From: an uncultured Anaeroplasmatales bacterium
GTDB lineage: Bacteria > Bacillota_I > Bacilli_A > Acholeplasmatales > JAEDCM01
NCBI GenBank assembly: GCA_964634685.1
Contig: CAZWLD010000005.1
Span: forward strand, 3,624 to 67,623
Direction of reading: 5' to 3'
Length of the DNA stretch: 64,000 nt
In this document: positions 19,327 through 27,623 of the stretch, one piece after another
How the letters are laid out: each line of letters opens with the position of its first letter
Position numbering within the stretch: position 1 is the first letter of the stretch
The notes under the pieces: generated by a model
Told to the model about the DNA's origin: nothing
The model's input: only the letters and a program-made list of their open reading frames with translations
The model's database searches: none
Program-made: the position numbers and the translations under genes

Positions 19327-19338
19327 GATTAATTCCTC

Positions 19339-20937
19339 CTATAGATGCTCAATTAAGCTATAAAGCTCAGTTTTTAAAGCTTTATTTTCTTCAATTTGAC
19401 GCTTAGCCTCGGCTAATTCCGTCATTAACAATCTTAATACCTGCTGCTGTTGCTTGAGCTGATCCTTATATTTCTTTTCAGCTAAGCAAATTCTAGTGAT
19501 GAGAAGCACTCCAAAAACACCAGTTGCAATGTAGCTAAATGGTGATAATTGTAAGCCCCCAACAACACCTAAAGCTGCTAATAATAATAAAATTATATTT
19601 AAGACATTGGCATATTTAATACCAAATTTATGCTTTTCAAAGGATTCCTTCATGGCTTCTAGCTGTTCGCGTTCATCATCGCCATTGGAAATGGATTTAA
19701 AGCTTCCAATTTGAATCGCAAACTGCGTCGGATTCTTACTTTCAAAGGAGCTCGACCACTCATTTAAGGCTCCAAGGAACCAAACCTTTGTATTTTGGAA
19801 GGAGAATTTACGCACCTGCTCGTCCGTGTCGGCATCATATAACGCCCAGTTAACCATTTGTTTACCAATGTTATAGCCGCTATCACGAACATCCATCATC
19901 TCTGTGTATTGCTTCTTCGCAAATTCGGTATCACCATCATTTTTAACAATCATTTGGTAATACTCCTTTTGCTTACGTAATTCAACCTCATCCTTATCAT
20001 AATTGTTAATTAAATCCTCTAAAACCGCATCAACACGAACTTTGTAATTGGCATTAGTCTGATTTACCATCTCAACATCGACAGCCTTAATTAGTTCAAT
20101 TAAATCATTGTATTTTGCGGATTCCAAATAGGCAAACATAACATTATCATAATTTGAACAATGAGATTTAATGGTTTTGAAATTAAATTCCTTTTTGCTC
20201 TTGAGATTAACAAGATAATTTTTAAATGAATCAACAATTTCTGTGCTGATATCTTCATTTAAATTGATTTCCATTACCCAGTTATCAATAACCTGTTGTA
20301 CCTCAAATTCAAGCTCCTTATCCTTGCCAAACAAGCCATTAACATAAGCCTGAATAATGATAGCTGTTTCGCTTTGGATTTGGGTTGGGTCAAGCGTCTT
20401 CATATATTCGAAGAACCAGCGCTTGGCCGTTGGGATTCGATTAAAACGGATATTCATCAAACAGAAAAACAAAGATGTTTTAACTGGATCCTTTCGGAAG
20501 CTTTCGCTAACCGCATTATTAGCGAGATCCGGTTGGTCATTAACCCAAGCTGTGATAGCAATTAAAGCATAGCTTAGCCAATAACGACTTGAGGTCATCC
20601 ACAATTCTTCGGATAATTCCTCAATCGTACTGTTACGAATAAGGTTAATATCAAAGTCCTTAACAACACCCATAACGGTTCTTCTGACTTCAACATAATT
20701 ATTAAATTTCTCGCGAATAACCTGATCAATACGAATGATATTTTCATGAGCAATTTGCTTTTCCTCATTTAAAATCATTTCATTTTTAAATTTATTGACA
20801 CGATCATAAATTCGATCGGTTGTTTGCTTGATGGTGTTGGTCGCTTGGTTGACATTTTCAATCTTGACGTCAACCTTCGTTTTAAACCCTTCTAAGGTTT
20901 CATTCAATTGCTTGACTGCATTTTCTGAACTACTCAT
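19339..20937 (-). CDS. operon gene 3: coiled-coil/helical-repeat protein with C-terminal 2-TM hairpin plus terminal coiled coil
   Basis: 532 aa with an ATGA overlap with gene 2. Shared block RYWLSYALIAITAWVN..ANNAV..FFCLMNIRFNRIPTAKRWFFEYM, and two TM helices (VLNIILLLLAALGVVGG, YIATGVFGVLLITRICL). Confidence 0.7.
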   Translation of the reverse strand: MSSSENAVKQLNETLEGFKTKVDVKIENVNQATNTIKQTTDRIYDRVNKFKNEMILNEEKQIAHENIIRIDQVIREKFNNYVEVRRTVMGVVKDFDINLIRNSTIEELSEELWMTSSRYWLSYALIAITAWVNDQPDLANNAVSESFRKDPVKTSLFFCLMNIRFNRIPTAKRWFFEYMKTLDPTQIQSETAIIIQAYVNGLFGKDKELEFEVQQVIDNWVMEINLNEDISTEIVDSFKNYLVNLKSKKEFNFKTIKSHCSNYDNVMFAYLESAKYNDLIELIKAVDVEMVNQTNANYKVRVDAVLEDLINNYDKDEVELRKQKEYYQMIVKNDGDTEFAKKQYTEMMDVRDSGYNIGKQMVNWALYDADTDEQVRKFSFQNTKVWFLGALNEWSSSFESKNPTQFAIQIGSFKSISNGDDEREQLEAMKESFEKHKFGIKYANVLNIILLLLAALGVVGGLQLSPFSYIATGVFGVLLITRICLAEKKYKDQLKQQQQVLRLLMTELAEAKRQIEENKALKTELYSLIEHL

Positions 20938-22772
20938 TTAGTGCTCTCTCCTTCACTTTTAAATCGTTCGATTGTGGCTTTAAGAACCATCGCCTTTTTA
21001 TCCGCATCCTTATAGGCATCATACCATCTATCAAAATCCTTAATGGTATCCTCTAATTGTTTAACATATTTTTCCTTACGCTTATTGAAGGTTCGTTTTC
21101 TTCGTAAAATTCCAAAAATTGATAATCCACCGAAGATAACAGTTATTGCCATTCCCACGATTAAGGCAATAACATCATAATATACTGGTAAAAGGGCAAG
21201 AGTGGTAATACCACACAATGTTAGCATTAAAGAGATGATAATAAGTCGATTATCAAAGGCATACCAGAAAAAGGATTTTGAGTAATGCTTATTTAAATTC
21301 TTAAAGGCTTCCTCGTCATGTCCATATTGATAGGGAATATGGTATTCATCAATCACAAATTCATATTCCTGCTTGAGCTGACTTTGATAATTCTTTTGGA
21401 AATTTTGGGCTCCTTGGACTAAGCAATCATTAAGATAATTCATCGCAAAATGGCGAAGCCTGATATTTAGATTAACATCCTTATCAGCTATGGCCCATCT
21501 TAATAAAAGCTCATCAAGGCCAAATTTATGGTTGTTTTCATACAATAATTCGTAATTCTTGGTTGCAACCGTAATATCACCCTTAGCCTGAATAATGGCC
21601 TCGTGGTATTTTATCTTTTTGAAAATCTCATATTCATCATCGTCATAGGAATTAATTAAATCATATAAGGTGTTTTCAATTTTTCTTGCTAAATCGGTCA
21701 CATCATCCTCGCTTATGGCGTAAATTTCGGTGAAATAATTAGCAAGACAAAAATTCTTTTCCGCGAGGGTTAATAAATTCAACATATCTTGATAATTTGT
21801 ACAATAACGAGAAAGATTGATAAATTCTTCCTTAGTCGAATGCGGATAGGCATTCATATATTCCGTAAATTGATTTGTAACCTTTCTTTCATAGCCAACA
21901 TTAAGAATCTTGACCTTATTAATGATATCATCAATTTCCTTTGCAACCTGACTAGAGAAGCCTTGACTTTTTCCAAAGCAATTATATAAATATGCCTCTA
22001 ATAAATATTGCCATTCCTCTCCAACGGCCGAAATATCAAAGCGATCTAAATATTTTAAAAACCACATTCGAGCCGCATCAATTCTTGTAAATCGTAAATT
22101 AATTAATAAGAAATATAGACAAGCCCGATTATGATCTAAATTCAAGGCCTTTACAATTGCACGGTTAGCTGCCTCTTCTTCATTATTGGCCCAAAGCATT
22201 ACCGCTGATAAGGCATAGCTAAGCCAATATTCTGAATTTTGAAGAACGGTTTTTTCAACCTTCATTCGAAGATTTTCATTGTGAATAATATGATTATCTA
22301 GACCAATAACATAGCCTAAGGCAATTCTTCTGAGCTCATTATAGAAATGATACTTCGTATTATACATTTGTGTATATTCCGTTAAGCTTTTCGAAGCCGC
22401 ACTAATATTTTTTAATGAAAAATACGATACTGTTAGTTCATCCAATATATGAAATAATGATTCGGTATAGTCATTAATCTCCTTCATTGCCTTACCAGTT
22501 CCATCCATATCGGTCGAAATCTTGTCGCGAACATCCGAGGCATTAGCTGTAATTTTGATGGTTTCACCAACAACATTATCAAGCTCCTTCGATAATTGAT
22601 TTTGTAAAGCAATAGCCTCCTCAATTTTTTGTAAAAGAGAAGCCTTCTTTTCTTCTAGTTCTTCAATTTGCGCCTGTAATTGTTCTTCCTTAGATATTTC
22701 ATTGTTATCTAAAGCAACTACTTCATCATCGATTTGGGAAATTGGTTCTTTTTCAATTTGTTTATTTTCCAT
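20934..22772 (-). CDS. operon gene 2: coiled-coil/helical-repeat protein with C-terminal 2-TM hairpin
   Basis: 612 aa. Acidic coiled-coil N-terminus, shared block EYWLSYALSAVMLWAN..ANRAIVKAL..YFLLINLRFTRIDAARMWFLKYL, and two TM helices near the C-terminus. Confidence 0.7.
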   Translation of the reverse strand: MENKQIEKEPISQIDDEVVALDNNEISKEEQLQAQIEELEEKKASLLQKIEEAIALQNQLSKELDNVVGETIKITANASDVRDKISTDMDGTGKAMKEINDYTESLFHILDELTVSYFSLKNISAASKSLTEYTQMYNTKYHFYNELRRIALGYVIGLDNHIIHNENLRMKVEKTVLQNSEYWLSYALSAVMLWANNEEEAANRAIVKALNLDHNRACLYFLLINLRFTRIDAARMWFLKYLDRFDISAVGEEWQYLLEAYLYNCFGKSQGFSSQVAKEIDDIINKVKILNVGYERKVTNQFTEYMNAYPHSTKEEFINLSRYCTNYQDMLNLLTLAEKNFCLANYFTEIYAISEDDVTDLARKIENTLYDLINSYDDDEYEIFKKIKYHEAIIQAKGDITVATKNYELLYENNHKFGLDELLLRWAIADKDVNLNIRLRHFAMNYLNDCLVQGAQNFQKNYQSQLKQEYEFVIDEYHIPYQYGHDEEAFKNLNKHYSKSFFWYAFDNRLIIISLMLTLCGITTLALLPVYYDVIALIVGMAITVIFGGLSIFGILRRKRTFNKRKEKYVKQLEDTIKDFDRWYDAYKDADKKAMVLKATIERFKSEGESTK

Positions 22773-22815
22773 TTTTCAAATACGTCTAAACGATAAAGTA
22801 AAGACTCTCCTTTCT

Positions 22816-25716
22816 TTATAATCCTGATACCTTGCAACAAAACTCCATATGTTTGTCGATAAAGCCCTTTACGCCCTCTAGATATTTCTTAAAGCGTACA
22901 GCCTTTGCGCCAATTCTAATATCCTGATTGATATTTAAGTTAGCCTCAAAGAAGCTTCTTAGAATTCGCTCAGACATTTTGTCATCATCCTTATTTTTTA
23001 ATAAATAGGCCTGAGGAACATTAATCGAAATATAATCCTGCGCAAAAGGAATTTCGACACTGATATCACCTAGTGGATCTAAAAGATGACAGCTAAATTC
23101 AATAAAGTAATCATATTTCTTATCAAGCTTAGCATACATCAAGAAATTAGCAAAGGCTTTACCAGATAATTTAATATTCTTTATATACAAGCTTTGGAAG
23201 ATAACCTCATCAAATGGATAGGAATCGTTTAACCTGAGTAAATAATATTCAAGACATTCTGGCTTAACAGCTTGTCCATTTTCAACTAAAATACGGATAA
23301 CATTTCCATCAATTCTTTGATCCTTAATATAATCGATGAATTCCTGTGTTCCTAGAGTTAATTTACGATTACATAATTGTAAAACAACACGCTTCATCAC
23401 ACTAGGACTATCGTTGTTCTTCCTAAGATAATTAGCCAAAATAGTACTGAAATAAAGAGGATTCATATTTAAATCTAAAAGCATTTGCACAACCAATGGC
23501 TTTTGGTCACCATCATAATTTGAGGTGATGACATATCTCTCTAAAGCTGTAATTGGAATGTCTTGGACATTTTTAAATAAGACCTCTAATACTTTAATTC
23601 TTTCCTCGACTGAGCTTTGATTGAAGCAAAGATAGTAATTCATAATATTGTCATATGATTTTCTGGAAATATTGAATTCACATAGCTTTTCAAGCATTTC
23701 AATTTTCGAATCTAAGGTAAAATAAGGTTTTCGAAGAAATTCATTCATAGCTCGATAATCAAAATCATATGGAAGCTTTTTATCGATTAAAACGCTAATA
23801 ATTTTTAATCCAATTAAATCATTTTTACATTTGCCCGTTAAGACAAAATCTAAGATAAGCATAAACTGGTCATAAGAAATATCACTCGCAAGTAATTCAA
23901 AAACCGGCTCAACATATTTGGTATCATTTGCGCTGAATAAAACGTAGCGAATTAAAAATTCACTGTCGATAATGATTTGCTTCTTGCTAGCAATTAAAAC
24001 AACCTGAACCTTGGTTGAAACCTTATCAAGACTATTCTTTAAATAATCCTCGACAAGCTTTGAATCCGTAATATTATAGGCATCAGCCTTTAGTAAGATT
24101 TCAACTAAATCAAGCTTCGCATCGCCATCCTTGAAATTCTTTAAAATCTTCGTTAGAGTTAATTTTTTATCTTTATATTCTAAGCGGGAAACTAGACGGT
24201 AAATAATTCGATTGTAGCCTTCCTGTAAAAGGAAATCCAAGACAGCTTGGAAAACTGGTTCTTCGGTTATATTTTCATAATTGATAATATTTTGAATAAA
24301 AGACGTTCTTGTTTCATCACCTAATGTATAGAATAAAGATAAAAGCAATCCGTAGATATTATCGTCCTTAAGCATAACATAAATCGCCGTTTCATCGTCT
24401 GAAATAACCTCAACATTTTGGACAATATTGGTATTTAATTCCTTAATTTGGGATAAAAGAGCATCAACATTAGCATTTGGTTGATAGATTCTTCTTAATA
24501 AATAAGCCAAATTAACGATAGTTGTACAAATATGATTAGGATAATTTCTTTCACAATCAACTAAATAGGTTTTGGCATTTGGAAAATCCTCACAAGCAAT
24601 TGCCCCTAAGCAATTCTTGAGACTTTGGGTGTATTCTAAATCCGCCGCTACTGATGTTTCATCCTTACTAATGTTCGCTAAGGCCTGCTCCATCTTGGCA
24701 ATACGTTCACGTTGTTCCTTACGATACAATTCATCGCTTAATTCATCACGATGAATAATTTCATCTAATTCTTCCTTTAATTCTTTTCTTGTTTCTTCAT
24801 TTTCGGTCACATTCATTTGAACACATAACAGCAATTGTTCAAATTTTCCATACTGGTCAATGACCGCATCAATGGTGTTAATATGCTTAAAGCTATAGGA
24901 AAATTGCTTATGAGCATATTCGTCGATTTCGAAATAGATAAGGTTCTTGTTAATTCTTTGGGCATATTGAGCTTCCTTAACACATTCATCCGAATCTAAA
25001 AAATTCTTGGAGCCCACAATCAAAAAGCATTTCGAATTCTTGATTCCTAAGGCAATGTCATCATATCTTGTTTTCGGATTATGACCTAAATCTCTTGGGG
25101 CAATAAAGCATTTTAGCTGTTCATCCTCTAAAAGCTCTAAAATATCATAAGCCAAATCCTTATCCTTATCGGCATAGAGAATAAAAACATCGCGTTTATT
25201 TTCATCAATGACTAATTCCTGTTCTTTGCGCTTTGTTTCCTTAACTAAAAGCTGATACCAACGATTTTGAATTGATGGATCCTCAAAGGCTTTACCGATA
25301 AACTCCATCACATATTTATTGTAGCGGAGGGAGCATGTGACAATCATATGCTTTAAAACCTCGGCGATATTTTCATCCGTTGCATAAGAAAAATCCGCAT
25401 TTAATAAAAAGTCAACATAATTTGAATCGTCATAAAAAATGCGTGATGCATAGGCTTGATAATAATTGGCTAAAAAGTCATCTGGTAAGATTCCTAAAAT
25501 CTCATTTGAATAATCACTTATTTCTTGATAATCAAAGGCATTAACGGCATGAATAAGCTTAAAACGATATTCATTGATTCGTCTGGCCTCAATATCGGAT
25601 ACAGTTCCAAATTCACTTGCGAGCTTAATATTATTAGCTCGTCCACAATTATGACACGTTCCATCAGGAGCGAGATTTGAAAAGCCACAATGTGTACATT
25701 TTAGATAATGTCCCAT
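22816..25716 (-). CDS. operon gene 1: Zn-ribbon + TIR-domain protein with a roughly 680-aa helical C-terminal region
   Basis: 966 aa. CxxC-x10-CxxC at aa 7-24. TIR-like block at aa 176-285 (24862-25191): DVFILYADKDKDLAYDILELLEDEQLKCFIAPRDLGHNP..KCFLIVGSKNFLDSDECVKEAQYA..TIDAV, with E248 at the catalytic-Glu position. Confidence 0.75.
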   Translation of the reverse strand: MGHYLKCTHCGFSNLAPDGTCHNCGRANNIKLASEFGTVSDIEARRINEYRFKLIHAVNAFDYQEISDYSNEILGILPDDFLANYYQAYASRIFYDDSNYVDFLLNADFSYATDENIAEVLKHMIVTCSLRYNKYVMEFIGKAFEDPSIQNRWYQLLVKETKRKEQELVIDENKRDVFILYADKDKDLAYDILELLEDEQLKCFIAPRDLGHNPKTRYDDIALGIKNSKCFLIVGSKNFLDSDECVKEAQYAQRINKNLIYFEIDEYAHKQFSYSFKHINTIDAVIDQYGKFEQLLLCVQMNVTENEETRKELKEELDEIIHRDELSDELYRKEQRERIAKMEQALANISKDETSVAADLEYTQSLKNCLGAIACEDFPNAKTYLVDCERNYPNHICTTIVNLAYLLRRIYQPNANVDALLSQIKELNTNIVQNVEVISDDETAIYVMLKDDNIYGLLLSLFYTLGDETRTSFIQNIINYENITEEPVFQAVLDFLLQEGYNRIIYRLVSRLEYKDKKLTLTKILKNFKDGDAKLDLVEILLKADAYNITDSKLVEDYLKNSLDKVSTKVQVVLIASKKQIIIDSEFLIRYVLFSANDTKYVEPVFELLASDISYDQFMLILDFVLTGKCKNDLIGLKIISVLIDKKLPYDFDYRAMNEFLRKPYFTLDSKIEMLEKLCEFNISRKSYDNIMNYYLCFNQSSVEERIKVLEVLFKNVQDIPITALERYVITSNYDGDQKPLVVQMLLDLNMNPLYFSTILANYLRKNNDSPSVMKRVVLQLCNRKLTLGTQEFIDYIKDQRIDGNVIRILVENGQAVKPECLEYYLLRLNDSYPFDEVIFQSLYIKNIKLSGKAFANFLMYAKLDKKYDYFIEFSCHLLDPLGDISVEIPFAQDYISINVPQAYLLKNKDDDKMSERILRSFFEANLNINQDIRIGAKAVRFKKYLEGVKGFIDKHMEFCCKVSGL

Positions 25717-25741
25717 ATTAACAACTCCTTTTACTACCTAT

Positions 25742-25763
25742 TTTACCATATAATGATGGTAAA
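25742..25763. promoter_or_regulatory. perfect 8-6-8 palindrome upstream of the TIR operon (candidate operator)
   Basis: TTTACCAT-ATAATG-ATGGTAAA lies 26-47 nt upstream of the start codon at 25716 and overlaps -10-like hexamers. Confidence 0.35.
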
Positions 25764-25844
25764 TAAAAGTATTTATTGTCAGATTTATGAATTTTTTGAA
25801 GCGCTTGCATTATTAGTAAATGCTTATTACAAGCCATTTTCTAA

Positions 25845-25877
25845 AAGAGAAAAAAGAACTAGCACAAATCTAGTTCT
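25845..25877 (-). terminator. intrinsic terminator of rnj
   Basis: AGAACTAG (25855-25862) pairs with CTAGTTCT (25870-25877) around a 7-nt loop, followed on the minus strand by TTTTTTCTCTTTT. The stem includes the rnj stop codon. Confidence 0.6.
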
Positions 25878-27552
25878 CTGGTAAATCTGTCGAAATAATA
25901 ACCGGTATTGTAATTGGGTTACGCTTTGTTTCTTTATATAAATATTTATTTACTTCCGTTTTTAAATCATTCTTTAAATCAGCCCAATTAATATATTTAT
26001 TAACTAAATATTTTGAAACGACATTATCAAAAATGGTTTTAATATCATTATTTATATGCTCCATGTCCTTAATATGAACAAAGCCTTTTGAGACAATTTC
26101 TGGACCGGAAAGCACCTTTTTCGTTTTCGGTGAAATATTCGCAACAATCAATAAAACACCATCCTCAGATAATAATTCGCGATCTCTTAGGACAACATCA
26201 TTGACATCTCCAGCCATCGACCCATCGATTAAAACCTCATTAGCCTTAAGGTCAGCTATTGCTCCATCTAATACTTTATTATTAAAAACAAAGCCATTTC
26301 CAAGGTCCCCCATAATAATATTTTCATCATTATAGCCCATCTCTAAAGCAATTTTTCTGACATAATATTGATGGCGATATTCGCCAATAACGGGAAAAAT
26401 ATATTTCGGCTTTAAGATATTTATCATCATCTTGACCTCTTCACTTGTCGCATGACTGATTGGAAGCTTCGATTTATCAAATAATGTCACCTTAGCGCCT
26501 GTTCGATATAAAACATCAAGGGTACGCGCACTCATCTTCTCGGTTCCTTGAATCGGGAGCGTTAAAATAATGACATTATCACTTTCAGAAACATGTATTA
26601 GTCGATCAATTTTTTTGCACATTCTTTGAAGCATAAAGAAGGGCTCATGACGGTCTCCTGTCACTAAAACAACTAAATTATCATCTAAATTATCATTTTT
26701 TTCATCAATATAACGAAGATTAACCAAGACATCCTTGGGGATTTCTAAGTATCCTAGTTTAACAGCCACATCCACAATTCTTTGGGTTTTTCTTCCAATA
26801 ATCGCGATTTTTTTCTGATAAGAAATCGCTAAATCGATAACCTTTTGTATTCTTAATAAATCCGAACTAAACAAAGAAACAATAATTCTTCCACTCGCGT
26901 TCGAAAAAACACCATTAAGCTTGTGCATTAATTCATAGTGGTGAGCCGGATTTCCAAATTGATCAGCGCCATAGCTCTCAGTCATAAGACATAAAACCTT
27001 TTTCTTGGCAACCTCGTTTAACCTTGCAAAATTCGTTTGGTATTTCTTATCGACATTTTGATCAAAGGTATAATTTCCGGTATAAACAATACTTCCATCC
27101 TTCGTTTCAATAACAATCGCAATTGATTCCGGAATATTGTGAGTTGTCGCAAAAAAGGAAACAGAGGATGACTGAAATTTTAAGGTTGTATTATTATTAA
27201 CTGTTATTAATTTGACATCATCGAGCTTATAGTCATTCTCAAGTAGTAAATCACTTATTAGGGCATTAGTAAAGCTTGTACCATAAATAGGTACATCGAT
27301 TTCCTTCAACAAATGCGGAATAGCCCCGATATGCTCAATATGACAGTGGGTAATAAAAAGCCCACGAATTCGATTTTTATTTTCAACTAAATAACTAAAA
27401 TCTGGGATAATAGTATCTATTCCAAGAAGCTCAACCGAAGGATATTTAATTCCCGCATCCAAAATAAAAATATCTTGGTCAACCTCAACAACATACATAT
27501 TTTTTCCCTTTTCACCCAAACCACCGAGGGCGCCTGCAATAATTTTGCTCAT
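25870..27552 (-). CDS. rnj: ribonuclease J (metallo-beta-lactamase/beta-CASP family), variant motif II
   Basis: 560 aa with the RNase J layout. Motif II reads HCHIEH (27331-27348) instead of the usual HGHEDH. Confidence 0.85.
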   Translation of the reverse strand: MSKIIAGALGGLGEKGKNMYVVEVDQDIFILDAGIKYPSVELLGIDTIIPDFSYLVENKNRIRGLFITHCHIEHIGAIPHLLKEIDVPIYGTSFTNALISDLLLENDYKLDDVKLITVNNNTTLKFQSSSVSFFATTHNIPESIAIVIETKDGSIVYTGNYTFDQNVDKKYQTNFARLNEVAKKKVLCLMTESYGADQFGNPAHHYELMHKLNGVFSNASGRIIVSLFSSDLLRIQKVIDLAISYQKKIAIIGRKTQRIVDVAVKLGYLEIPKDVLVNLRYIDEKNDNLDDNLVVLVTGDRHEPFFMLQRMCKKIDRLIHVSESDNVIILTLPIQGTEKMSARTLDVLYRTGAKVTLFDKSKLPISHATSEEVKMMINILKPKYIFPVIGEYRHQYYVRKIALEMGYNDENIIMGDLGNGFVFNNKVLDGAIADLKANEVLIDGSMAGDVNDVVLRDRELLSEDGVLLIVANISPKTKKVLSGPEIVSKGFVHIKDMEHINNDIKTIFDNVVSKYLVNKYINWADLKNDLKTEVNKYLYKETKRNPITIPVIISTDLPEN

Positions 27553-27623
27553 AAAAAACCTCCATTTGAATCGCTTTATACGATGTTATTATACCACTAA
27601 AAAGCCTTAATTAACAATATTAA

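Noticed and set aside
15416-25716. Classifying the TIR operon as Thoeris, CBASS/Pycsar, SPARTA or an Avs/NLR-type system
   Set aside because: None of the seven ORFs is a ThsA-like SIR2/Macro/SLOG protein, a CD-NTase or cyclase, an Argonaute, or a STAND NTPase. Only the TIR domain is shared with those systems.
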